Positions 1-12,033 of a stretch of DNA of 64,000 nucleotides are shown here, in pieces. A program made the translations under genes and the position numbers. The notes beneath the pieces are model-generated. The model had not been told where the DNA came from. It saw nothing but the letters and a program-made list of their open reading frames with translations, and ran no database searches. The DNA comes from Octopus vulgaris (Eukaryota), in NCBI GenBank assembly GCA_951406725.2, contig OX597817.1:134354001-134418000 (forward strand), read 5' to 3'. Numbering within the stretch: the stretch's first letter is position 1; each line of letters starts with the position of its first letter.

Positions 1-254
1 ATACATACATATATAAACCACACTATATATATATATTGTGTGCGCATATCTTTTACTCGTTTCAGTCATTTGGCTGCAGCAACACCGTGATATGAATAAG
101 TGTCAGAATAAGTGACAAGCTTAAAAAAATGTCCTATATATCACTTTTGCCCAACAGCAAAGTTAAGGGGACGTAAACACTCCAGCATCGTTCATCAGTC
201 GATGGTAGAGAACGAACACTCACAAGCACACACATGCTCGCACACACACCCATT

Positions 255-288
<34 letters not shown>

Positions 289-755
289 CAACGCACACAT
301 ACACACACACACGCACCCACATATAAACACAAGAATAAAAAAAGACCGGCAGACAGACAGAAAAAAGGAAAATGTCCCTTGCATTTGAAAAATATGAGTA
401 TATTTTTTTTTAATATCTCATTTAATTTTTCCACAATTTAAGTGTTTTTCATGCTTTACTCCTAAGTTGAAAAAGTCGCAAAGTTTAAAACCGGCACTAA
501 AATATTCTTAACGATAAAATTATTTTAGCATTTTCTACCTTGTATTATTCTCCTTTCTCTTCCTGCCTTTCAAATCCACCCGCAAGGTTTTACTCGACTT
601 GAGACACTTGCTCAAGATGTCACAGAAACAAACTTTACCCGTAATAACATGGTTGCCAAGCGAACCTATTAACCGGACAGTTGCGCCTTTAAGTGCGATA
701 TGTGTGTGCTTCTCTCTCTCTCTCTCCCTCCCCACCTCTCTCTCTCTCTGCTGCA

Positions 756-802
<47 letters not shown>

Positions 803-1562
803 AGTAAGCACATAAATGCAAAACAAGTTGGAAAAAATAGTACTCGAATACGGAAGGTAGAGTAATATGCTTTTCTATTAAATCTGCATTGCAGCTCTAA
901 TAAAATGATATACATGTTTGTGTGCGTGCGTGCGTGCGTGTGTTGCGAGTCCTTTGTTCTTACATATAGGTCTATTTGTAGGAATGCAATGAAAACCAAC
1001 ATGGCCGTGAAGTACTATTTATACTTCTGCCATGAGAGTGGGAGAAGGGGAGAAAGCGATGTCAAGATAGAATGAATGAAAGACAGAGATTAGGAGATAG
1101 TAAGAGAGAGAGAGAGGTAGAGAGATAGAGAATGATTGTGAGAAGAAACAGCAAGATGTGTGGAGGGAAATATAATGGAGAGGGTTCATATGTACACATG
1201 AAGGTAAGAGTCCAGGAGTTCAAACGTCCTGATTTGGAACTCGCTAGACTACTGTGTGAAGAGTGAACTTTGTGAAAGAGACGAACAAGCATGCCAACAA
1301 GATACCTGGATAACTTCTAATCGGGGACTTTACGGCCAACAGAAAAAAAAAGAAAAAACGCCATGATCAATGCGCTTAGTTGTCTGAGAAGCCGTACTGA
1401 GATAGAAAGGGAGGTTGAGATCAGTTTTATGGGGGAGACTTCTGCTGGCTGCATGTAAGAATTTGTCTACAAAATTCTATAAAAATATATTGGTTTCTGT
1501 TATAAATATGTGTTTGCCTTATGTTTGGAATTCTCTTCTCAATATTTAAGTCACTATATACA

Positions 1563-1698
1563 TGGTGGCTGTGTGGTAAGAAGTTAGCTTCCAAACCTCA
1601 TGAGCTCGGGTTCAGACCCACTGCGTGACAACTTTACGAGGTGTGTTCTACTATAAACTAGCGCCGACCAAGACGAAAAGTGAAAGAAGCCCATCGTG
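1563..1698 (+). mobile_element. tRNA-derived SINE family A, 5' half (split copy)
   Basis: TGGCTGTGTGGTAAG A-box-like and GGTTCAGACCC B-box-like motifs; matches the head of the copy at 3068-3476. Confidence 0.75.
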
Positions 1699-1744
1699 TA
1701 TGTGTATGTATATATATATATATATATGATAATAATAATAATGA

Positions 1745-2193
1745 TAATGTTTAAAGGATAAAAATCATTAACTATTTATACCAAGTGGTTAGCGCGGAAA
1801 TAAAACCTCATAGGTACATTCTATAAATAATTATAACAAGGCTTGGTTTGTGCCTCACCACGCACTGAAAAATAGACGTCAAGAGACACTATTACCACCA
1901 TAATTTCTCCCAGAGAAACACACTATATAAAAGGCTAGCAAAAGAAAGAAGATGAATGAAAACTTCAGTTAATCGCGTACATGATCGTGTTTCGGGCTTA
2001 AAGTAATAAAAAACATTACCTATTGCCCGAAACACGATCGTGTACGCGGTTCACCGAAGTTTTCATTCATTTTCTTTCTTTTGCTAGTCTTTTATGTAGC
2101 GTTTCTCTCGGAGAACTTATGATGGTAATAGTGTCTCTTGACGTCTATTTTTCAGAGCGTGGTGAGGCACAAACCAAGCCCTTGTTATAATTA
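1745..2193. mobile_element. Fold-back element with half hammerhead at the loop (PLE pLTR-like)
   Basis: Inverted arms 1828-1997 and 2025-2193 (~90% identical), 27-nt loop, extra left extension 1745-1827; flanked by (TAA)n and (TA)n. Confidence 0.75.
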
Positions 2194-2204
2194 TATATAT
2201 ATAT

Positions 2205-2400
2205 AGTAGATCCCAAAAAACGAAGAACGAACAAAAAAGAAAAGCAACAACGCGAGTACGTGGTACATGCAAAGTATTAGCAGACGCTCAGTGAAGAAAA
2301 GAAAGGTGGTATAACGCTTAGAGCAGAGCTCTTCTTCAGGAACAGAGAAAAGTCCAATAGAAAAGGAAGGTGGAGGGAAAAATCGCCAACGATTATACGT
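2205..2400 (-). mobile_element. ~200-bp TA-embedded cassette with decayed hammerhead
   Basis: Minus strand reads CTGAAGA-A-GAGC-TCT-GCTC-TAAG-CGTTA (2311-2339); same layout as 7898-8096 and 15471-15682, but GAAA has mutated. Confidence 0.6.
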
Positions 2401-2552
2401 ATATATTGTTGTTGAAGGATCCTGGCCACACACACGTGATCAAAAGTGGATTGACGCATTTCAATAAAATAAAGAAACCAGTTGACAGTCGGGAGTTGAC
2501 AACGAGAAGATGACAGTGTTGATCTTTCGTATCGGATTACTGTGTTTAAAAC

Positions 2553-2624
2553 GTACTGGTGCCATTCATTCGACTGAAAATTCTTCTAGGCGGTGACCCA
2601 TCATGGCCGCAATCTAATGACTGA

Positions 2625-2628
<4 letters not shown>
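2553..2628 (+). mobile_element. SINE family A, 3' end (split copy)
   Basis: Ends CATGGCCGCAATCTAATGACTGAAACA, the family A tail. Confidence 0.7.
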
Positions 2629-2682
<54 letters not shown>

Positions 2683-2689
<7 letters not shown>

Positions 2690-3010
2690 ACTTCTAATAC
2701 TTTTTGATAGTTTATAAAAAAATTTTTTTTTTAAATATAAAAATATAAAAAAAATATTAAAATATTAAAAAATATAAATAAAAAAATAATTAAATAAAAT
2801 AATAATAAAAATATATATATATTTATAATTTATAAGTTTAAATTATTAATTTAAATATTTTTTTAAAAATTTTAACTTTAATTTAAATATTTTAATTGGA
2901 TTTTTATATTTTATATTTTTTATACATTTTTATATCAATTTTATTTCTATGTATTGGCTTATGATTTTCACTGTTTGATTTGCCTAATAGTGGTTTTATC
3001 TCTAATTTAA
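2683..3010 (-). repeat. Extremely AT-rich dispersed repeat
   Basis: Both ends match 13721-13912 in inverse orientation (TTAAATTAGAGATAAAACCACTA...CAAATCAAACAGTGAAAA and AACTATCAAAAAGTATTA). Confidence 0.75.
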
Positions 3011-3067
3011 TATAATATATATACACACACGTACACATACACACACACACACATATATATATATATT

Positions 3068-3269
3068 TTCTTACTTGTTTCAGTCATTTGACTGCGGCCA
3101 TGCTGGAGCACTGCCTTTAGTCGAGCAAATCGACCCCGGAACTTATTCTTTGTAAGCCCAGTACTTATTCTATCGGTCTCTTTCGCCGAACCGCAAAGAG
3201 ACGGGGACGTAAACACATCAGCATCGGTTGTCAAGCAATGCTAGGGGGACAAACACAGACACATAAACA

Positions 3270-3316
<47 letters not shown>

Positions 3317-3476
3317 GACGAGCTTCTTTCAGTTTCCGTCTACCAAATCCACTCACAAGGCATTGGTCAGCACGGGGCTATAGCAGAAGAAACTTGCCCA
3401 AGATGCCACGCATTGGACTGAACCGGAACCATGTGGTTGGTTAGCAAGCTACTTACCACACAGCCACTCCTGCGCC
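3068..3476 (-). mobile_element. tRNA-derived SINE family A, full length, with internal microsatellite
   Basis: Minus strand GGCGCAGGAGTGGCTGTGTGGTAAG...GGTTCAGTCC head, internal (TA)n, tail CAAATGACTGAAACAAGTAA; more than 10 copies in the window. Confidence 0.9.
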
Positions 3477-3580
3477 TATATATGATGGAAAATATATTAT
3501 CAAAATGGAAAACGCCAATGCATGAAAGAGAAGACGTAACAAATATTAACTTAGATTAACGCTTAAAGTGGCTTAAAGGG

Positions 3581-3616
3581 TCTTAACGTTTCAGAGGACA
3601 TTTCTTCATCAGAAGA
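3581..3616 (-). ncRNA. Minimal type I hammerhead ribozyme
   Basis: TCTT-CTGATGA-AGA(AATGTCC)TCT-GAAA-CG-TT-AAGA: intact core, 4-bp stem I, 3-bp stem II, palindromic ACGT stem III, GUU triplet. Confidence 0.75.
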
Positions 3617-4374
3617 AATGCATAGTAGTGAGAAAGAGGAAAAGTGGTTGATATAAAAATGGAGGTGGCATTAGACGCCAGGTAGAAATGCGGCTCTTCG
3701 GAGAAGGGTTGATGCGCAGGTGTATGTGTACGTATAAGAATTTATACGTGTTTTGAGGTGGACATAAGGAGTAGTAGTGTGTGGGTGTGATTTTAGTGGC
3801 GTGTATATATCTAGAGGCGTGCAAGTGCGGAAGTAATGTGACATGCGTACTTTTATTGTGTATTGACTCAGGAAAGTGAAGAAGTGTGAGGTAAACAGGA
3901 CGGCAAAAGTAAAGTAGACCTGATCGAAGTGTATGTAGCGGTATGGGTGAGAGACGCTTTTGCATAGAAGGGAGGCATGAAGAAGTAAAGGGATGAGAGA
4001 GCAAAAGAAGGTAGCAGAGGGAGAAAAAGAAGAGATGCGACTGGAAAATGGGTAAAAAAACTGAGGAAGAATAATTGGAAGACAACTGAGGTACAAAACT
4101 TATTTTTGTTGTGCGTGATAAGAAAATTAGTTTGTAGAGTGTTATAAAGTGTATAAAGAGAAAAGAAAGAAAGAAAGAAAGAAAAATGAAAGCAATGAAG
4201 AAGAGACAAAAAAATGAAAGGAAAGGTGCGAGTTCAGAGAGGGAAGAGAAATGAAAGAAGAATAATAGAAATAATGGAGGAATATTAATTACAATACAAC
4301 ACTGATGTGAAAATTTTTGTGAAAGAAGAAATTTAACAGCACACACACAAGCCCACATACATACACACACACAC

Positions 4375-4410
<36 letters not shown>

Positions 4411-4828
4411 GTGTGTGTGTGTGTGTAATGGAAAAAGCATCCTGTTCTTGGCTGGTACTGATTAAAAACTTTACCTTGGAGTAAAATATCAAAGAATTCT
4501 TTTGCAAATAGAAATTATAGGAATAAAATAATTGATCTCAAAGAGAAAGCTAATATATGGAGAGAAAAATGTATAAAGGAAAATTATATTTCTGCTGTTA
4601 GGTATGAATAGCTGGAAAATGAGACAAGCTATAGAAAATATATTGGAAATAATAAGTAAAGTGATTGAGACAGATACATGAGAGGTAAACAAAAGAGGAA
4701 AACAACCAGAAACAATTTCAGCAACGTCGACGACATCAGCCTCAGTCTCTACGTTACATTGCCATTGTTGTCATCATCATCATCATAACCATCTCCTACA
4801 ACGGTAAATCAACAACTGCGTCATCGTC

Positions 4829-4874
<46 letters not shown>

Positions 4875-5687
4875 GTACGAGCAGCGATAAACAACAGAAT
4901 CGTTATCATCACCCTCATTTTCAATTTTGTCATCATCATAATGATAATCATCTTCAGCATCCTCGTTGTCATCATCAACTGCAGTACGACCACCACCACC
5001 AAGAACAACAACATCAACATCTAGATGAGCAACAGAATATTACTTTAGGCAACATATTTTCAAAGAGAAGAAGAAAAAAAAAGCCCAGTTTATTCGTCTT
5101 CATTTCATTTTATCAGAAGATTTACATCATAAGTTTATTGAAAGCCAGACACATCAGCCTCTTGTTACCGACGAGACATACAGTTAAGTCTTGTTGAAGT
5201 TTTTCTTAAGTTTTCTTGTTGCTTTGTACTCGGAGAACGATGTTGAAACTGTGTCATGGCTTAGGTTCATGTTATTTGCACGAAATTTGTTACAGAAATT
5301 CAGTTTTGTAATTAATATACTCAGAAATGAAACGGGAAATCAAGATTGGAGTGGAGCATCGTTCAAAATTTAAATAAATCTCACACCTATGCTAATGATA
5401 AAGAATAGAAGTTAATTAAATGATCCGTCTTTATAAATTAAATAGCAGGGCTGCAGTTACTCACTACCTTCGTATTCATGCCACTGATTCCCTCTGAGTT
5501 ATTTCTCTTGGCGCATTTTTATTTACTTTATGGAAATTACTTCTTTTGTAAATGTCAAAATGTCCTTGCTGCTGGAGAAAGGCCAGGAAAATGTCGAGCT
5601 GATGACGTCTATTGGGGTAGAAACACGTGCTACGACTATCTTCTCTGTGGTCAATAAGTCTGTCCTTTACCGTAAAGGTATGTCAAA

Positions 5688-5908
5688 GGCGGCGAGCAGG
5701 CAGAATCGTTAGCGAAATGCGTAGCCGTATTTCGTCTGCCGTTACGTTCTGAGTTCAAATTCCGCCGAGGTCGACTTTGCCTTTCATCCTTTCGGTGTCA
5801 ATAAATTAAGTACCAGTTACGCACTGGGGTCGATATAATCGACTTAATCCGTTTGTCTGTCCTTGTTTGTCTACTCTGTGTTTAGCTCCTTGTGGGTAGT
5901 AAAGAAAT
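5688..5908 (+). mobile_element. tRNA-derived SINE family B with 11-bp TSD
   Basis: GGCGGCGAG...GAGTTCAAATTCC B-box; AGGTATGTCAA is duplicated at 5676-5686 and 5909-5919. Confidence 0.9.
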
Positions 5909-7897
5909 AGGTATGTCAACTTTGGAGAATTCCTCATTCTCTGATTATCGCCCTTTCTCACAAGGTGCTGTCTTAATTACCATTTATCAATTATGATACA
6001 TATCGTCTAGAGGCGGAGATAAATTTATCTTTAATAAATCAAGAATTTGTGATATGATATTTGTCATTCCTGTTTTTGACTAGCAATTAAACACATTATA
6101 TGAGTTCAGCCTTCGGGATATGGCAACCGTTTGCCATTTACCAGTTGAACCGCCTGGGAGTTGTAATTATAAGCTACAGGCAATTTCACGGATTAAAATT
6201 TGAATGGATTAATTTAGAAATTGGGATAAGAAATAATTGTTTTGTGTCAGGCGAAGAACAATGTATATGAAGTTTGTTAAACCACAGAGGCGAAATGTTA
6301 CCATGTAGTCCTAAAGCATCACTTTTGTTCATGCCAAGACTAATCTAAAATCAATGTGACTTTTGTGAACTTTATAAATAACTATACATATTTTAATAGT
6401 CAGTATGATTACTGATTGTGGGAATTGAAAAGTGACAAGCCTAAGGTATTCCAACCACGTTTCGTGGTTCGCTACCTCAACAGTCCCTTTATAGGATCCA
6501 GTGGCTAAAAACATCATCAGGAGGAACCACGTCCAGTTTCTGGCCCCTACTCCTCTATTGCTTTCCACGTGGCGCCCCACCCCTTTCAGAGGTGTCTTCA
6601 GCACTGGTGTTGAGTGCGTTTCTTCTTTCTCTTTTTTTTTTGTTCTTTGGTTTATTCGATGTAGCATCAACAAATAGCGGGCGACTGACCATCCTGCCAA
6701 ATTTCCCTTTAAATACACGCCGGAGGCTCCAGCAGCCAGCACCAGCTGTCACGTGACACTGACTAAGCTTCAACAGACTAACTGAGGGGAAGAGGTGCGT
6801 AGTTTTAGCCCGCGCCCTCTCTAAATCTGCCTTCCAATAGTGTCGTGTTAGTTTCAGTTCCAGCAACCAGCGCCGACCAGCTGTTTGGTGGTACAAGCCT
6901 TCGAACCAGGAGGAGGGCGCGCTAAGAACGAGATCGATACCTTGGCCCACCTGTCAATCAGCGTTCCTCCTACCCCGTGAGGGGGAAAAAGCTGGATTTC
7001 TCACAATTGATCTTGCTAATACTTAATTAAATTCTCTCTTTTTCTCTTTCTTTCTGTTTCTTTCGTTCTCTGTGAAGGTAGAAACCTCGACATATCACAG
7101 ACTTCCTTTCATGTGAGCAAAATTGTCACACTTCCTTGTTTCTTTAACAGATTTTGATTTTACACTGTAGTTTTGGGAAACTGACCCGACTGCTTCAGCA
7201 ATCGAGAATTAATTTTAACTCATCAATGAGGAATATTAATTCAGCACCGTGGCCTTTTCCCGTGTCAGTGGATCTTTCATGACACAGATAGGAGGTCATA
7301 GCACCTACTGATGTTTCATTGAAGATTGCACCGATTTTAACTTTGGCTAAAAGAAGTTATTTTCAAGTAAGCGAATAGCAATGTTGTAGAAGTGGACACC
7401 AAACCCTGCTACAATCCACCCGCCAGAATGACCGTACCCACCGTCTACTCTAACACCATACAAATAAAGTTTGAGTTGATTCGTCAGTTGAAAGCGATAT
7501 TTGAAGGTAGGATATGGCATGCATTTATCATACAGCCACACGAGACTTTGGAAGCTAATTAATGATTAAATATGCTTAATTAATGTGGAAAGGCAAAAGT
7601 GATTGATACGACATTTGTAATTAATCTCCCTTCTCCTACCCCGTGATGAGGAAAACACGGATTTCTCACAGAACTGATTTTTCTCATGAATATTTTGTTA
7701 AAATCTCTTAAGGACTAGCAGCGTCAAAAACACTTTGACTCAACAGCAAGAAGGCCAGAAACATTTTGGCTTTTGGGAAACTAGAAGCTGAGAATTTGTT
7801 GTCTCTGGAAAATGTGAATAAAACATTCATTAATGTTGCGAGTAACTTCTCTACTTCAATTGCGTATACTATTCGATATATATATATATATATATAT

Positions 7898-8094
7898 TCG
7901 CTAGCCTCTGCACGCATTTTTTTTCTCTCCTTGTTTCTTTCTGTGTTTCTTTTCCGTGTATCTTTCTGTTGAAGAGCGTAGGCTCGAAACGTAAAAGACT
8001 TGTTTTATTTATATTCCTGAGCGCCATACTAATACAATTGTTTGTTTGTATTCCACCTGCCTTCGTCTTTTGTTTATTTTCCTAAAGCTTCCCG

Positions 8095-8096
<2 letters not shown>
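7898..8096 (+). mobile_element. ~200-bp TA-embedded hammerhead cassette
   Basis: Lies between two (TA)n tracts; homologous to 15471-15682 (-) and 2205-2400 (-). Confidence 0.7.
7961..7998 (+). ncRNA. Minimal type I hammerhead-like motif (A6U core variant)
   Basis: TCTTT-CTGTTGA-A-GAGC(GTAG)GCTC-GAAA-CG-TA-AAAGA; 5-bp stem I, 4-bp stem II. Confidence 0.6.
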
Positions 8097-8129
<33 letters not shown>

Positions 8130-8135
<6 letters not shown>

Positions 8136-8475
8136 TTAAAATTACTAAGTCTCTATGAAAGAGATTACGGCAGCGTTACTGGAAATTAATTGTTATCGCC
8201 ATATTAATATGGCATTCTTATAGATATAAGAATAAATGCTGCCGCTGATTAGCTCCATGAGGCCATCGCCTTAAGATAGCTATTGATACACAATCTGTAT
8301 CCATTATAACCTTCGAACTGGCAGTGTGAAGCGGCTGACCTCCCTTGTTCGAAGGTTATAATGGATACAGATTGTGTATCAATAGCTATCTTAAGGCGAT
8401 GGCCTCATGGAGCTAATCAGCGGCAGCATTTATTCTTATATCTATAAGAATGCCATATTAATATGGCGATAACAA

Positions 8476-8481
<6 letters not shown>
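8130..8481. mobile_element. Fold-back element with perfect 135-bp inverted arms
   Basis: Arms 8184-8318 and 8347-8481 are exact reverse complements, 28-nt loop, left extension 8130-8183; (TA)n on both sides. Confidence 0.85.
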
Positions 8482-8522
<41 letters not shown>

Positions 8523-8716
8523 GAAGAGGGAGAAGGAGAGAGAGAGAGTTTACAAATTAAAGGAGAAACCCAGGGGAATAATCACAAGGTAGCTAAATGT
8601 TGCTTAAGTATCCCAGGATTTAAATCCAGGATAGTAAGTCGTATTTGGTAGAAAATAGAGAAACACAATTAGGAGACGAACTCTCGGGATGTTGCTAAAC
8701 TATTTATAAATTCAAT

Positions 8717-8802
8717 TCTTCTACATATGTTTCGACAGATACACTCCAAAAATGTCCAAAAGGATAAATTATGGTCAGCAATGCATGTTTCATCAAGAAA
8801 GA
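8717..8802 (-). ncRNA. Decayed type I hammerhead-like motif
   Basis: TTTC-TTGATGA-AACA...TGTC-GAAA-CATATG-TA-GAAG; palindromic stem III ACATATGT; C3U change and a mismatch at the base of stem II. Confidence 0.55.
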
Positions 8803-9018
8803 TGTAAATAACAAAAACTCATCAAACAGAAATAGAAACATGCAGAATTCAATATATAAATGATTTAACAACTTCCCCAGAGTCCGTCTCCTTGTTCAAT
8901 TTTCCTACATATATATATATATATATATATAAATATATATATAATTCAATTAAATTAGGTACTTAAGCCAGTTTGGTATAGTCCGTGCAAATCGAAGTTG
9001 GTAGTCTATATTGTCATC

Positions 9019-9104
9019 TGCTCCGAGGAGAGCGGTTTCTTCGAAACTGATATAATGTTTTCATTGATCAATTAAATGGAGCCGCTTGAAACGGCCGTAA
9101 TGCA
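9019..9104 (+). ncRNA. Type I hammerhead-like motif (U4C variant)
   Basis: TGCT-CCGAGGA-GAGCGG...CCGCTT-GAAA-CGGCCG-TA-ATGCA; 6-bp stem II, palindromic stem III ACGGCCGT. Confidence 0.55.
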
Positions 9105-9554
9105 TTGATACTCTCCCCTTTCTTCTTTTTTTCTCTTTCTTGCTTTCATTTTCTCTTCCTATTTTAAATTTGACCTTCCTCCTCTTTCTATTCATACCCA
9201 TCTCTTCTCCCTCCATCTATCCACAATTACTTCCAATACATTCACGTCACAAAACCGTTTCGAACGAGCAACACTGATTCCACGGCTCCATACTTTGAAA
9301 TGACTAAACATGAACTGCTACTGGAACTTACATACCATGTACAGGAAATATTTTACCACTTCTGTACACCATTTTCCTTGAATAGAACTGAAACTACAAT
9401 ATCTTTATATATCTTATTTCTACTTTCATTCTCTTATTTCCCTCTATATTCCCTATCTCCTCCTTTACCATAATATCGCAGATACAGCTGTAAGACTATT
9501 TCAATGTAAATATCCTGAAAGCTCCTTACAGCCTTGGATTTGTTATTCTGTCTA

Positions 9555-9798
<244 letters not shown>

Positions 9799-10413
9799 AC
9801 ATCGTTGTATGAAAATGTCTCGGACGCCAATTACCTCTTTTTATTGTCTTTTTCAAAAGTGTGACTAGTAGAAAGATAATAATTGACTTCTCTACTCAAA
9901 CTTCCTCCACGCGCAGTGGTACGTCTAATTTCGAATGAAAGTTCGAGGAAATGAATGGATTTGTTCAATGATGTAAAATTTAATCAGATAATTCAATCAA
10001 TTTTGTGCTTCATATCATCACCGTACTCCTATATAACGCAGAACTATTGGCCGATCTCATCTCACCATGCATAGCGTTTCATTGTTTATGTATCCAGTCT
10101 TTGACTCATTCCACAACTATCCTCCGATGGAATATATGATCGTTGTAACCAAATCTTCTTCTTCTCCTCCTCCTTCTTCTCGACTTGAATGTCGGAATAA
10201 AAGACAGAAGATAAATTAGTTTTCTTCACTTTTGACAAATGAATTACAAAATTTTATTTTCGTTTCTATGTTTTCCCTATTGGAGTGACACATATTAAAT
10301 ACATTGCTGAAGGAACTGTTCGCATCTCGCTTCACCAACGAAAGCTGGCCTAGAACAAGGCAGGGATTTCATTCTCATCATCATAAACCTATTTCTTCTA
10401 AACTCTCCATACA

Positions 10414-10683
10414 GGTGCAGGTCAGGCTGTGTATTTAAGAAGTTCGCTTCGTAACTTTATGGTTTAGGGTTCAGTTCAGCTTTGGTGTTACGAGGAGTTT
10501 TGTTGGTCATTCCCTCAACTGCGCCCCACACATAATTATGAAGTGGGTTGCAGTCTGGGGATTTAGGTGGCCAGACGTTCGGGGTGGTGTGGTCAAGAAA
10601 TTGTACTGGTGCCGATTTATTCGACTAACTTCCAAGGCGGTGCCCCAGTATGGGTGCAGTCCAATGACTGAAACAAGTGAAAG
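10414..10683 (+). mobile_element. SINE family A, diverged or rearranged copy
   Basis: Head at 10414-10480 and tail AAGGCGGTGCCCCAG...AATGACTGAAACAAG. Confidence 0.6.
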
Positions 10684-10799
10684 GTAAAATATGATACGAA
10701 TAAAAATCATTAGCACGTGTTTAAAAGCTAGTTTTCTATGAAGTCCTCCTGACGGTTGGTCTACTTTCTTCGTTCATCTGTATTTCATTCTGAAATAAG

Positions 10800-11830
10800 T
10801 TCTACGACGAGGCTTTAACGCCGTACTACATCACTTACTGGACACAATGGCTTGCATTTTATAGAAGAATAGCAATAAAAATGCGTGCAGAGATGTAGAA
10901 AGTGTTGCTGCTGCGTAAACACCTCTACTGGATTTTGTTATTATTAGATCCTTCTGCAGCTTTGGAATCGGTCGATAATGGGGTTTATTTAATATAACAA
11001 TCATGAGATTATTAACAATGCTTGTTAAAATAAGAGCTGCTATCCATAGCATGGAGCGAATTCAATAGCTGAATGCTGGGTACTGAGTTGTAATTCCATT
11101 CTGTATCAAACATTGTATACCTTACCTTGATTTGCATCGTTTCATAATCCCTGGAAATAATCTCTTCTTTCCAACATCGATAAAGATCGAGGGAAAAAAT
11201 CACACAAGAAAGGCAACATTATTATTATTATTATTATTACTACTACTACCACTACTATATTAAGAATATTCTTTTCGATAAAGCTACCTTCATACAACAA
11301 AATACGAAGTATATAGCAGTTACAAAATGTTTGGGGAGTTGATGAGCAAATTAGATCATAAGGGTAATTTCTGCATCCAACTTAGCATGGATGCTTTGAT
11401 GAAACACCGGAGACTGGTCATTAGCCTTGACAAGTTCTCTCATTTAGGCACTTGGTGCATAGAAGCACGAGCATAGATCGTAATAGATGAGATTCATCTG
11501 TCATGGGCACCGGAAATTTCCTGTTACCTGACTTCATTTGACTGGAAGTCATGAGAGCGGGAGGCGTCCAGTGGATACATGCCAGTCAAATGTCGCTGCT
11601 GCGGTGTATAGAATATCAACATCTTCTCAGATACTGATGTCAGAAATGGTCAGCAGGCTTACTAAGAATTAATCATTAGCAACGGCTTTCATGACAGACA
11701 ATTCTCGACTGTTATGATCTGTGTGTGTTCTTTTAAGCGCCAAGCACCTATGTGAGTTGATTTTCAAGGCTAATAATGCAGAAGTTGGTGTTCTAACAAG
11801 ATGTCCATGTTTAGTTGGATATACACAGTA
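10800..11830 (-). mobile_element. Possible highly decayed RTE-clade LINE remnant
   Basis: Short peptides (LYRCWKEEIISRDY; HAKLDAEIT) loosely resemble RTE ORF motifs; weak evidence. Confidence 0.3.
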
Positions 11831-11937
11831 CCTTTAAATATTACAACTGCTTCCGTCACTAATAATTGATGTGTGTGTGTGTCTGTGTCCCACCACCACC
11901 ACCACTACCATCACCACTGCTTGACAACCGGTGCTGG

Positions 11938-12033
11938 GCAGAAGATACTTGCCCAAGATGCCACGCAGTGGGACTGAACCCGGAACCATGTGGTTGGTTA
12001 GCAAGCTACTTACCACACAGCCACTCCTGCGCC
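11938..12033 (-). mobile_element. SINE family A head, fused to an oppositely oriented middle fragment (11870-11936)
   Basis: Near-identical to 3381-3476. Confidence 0.85.
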
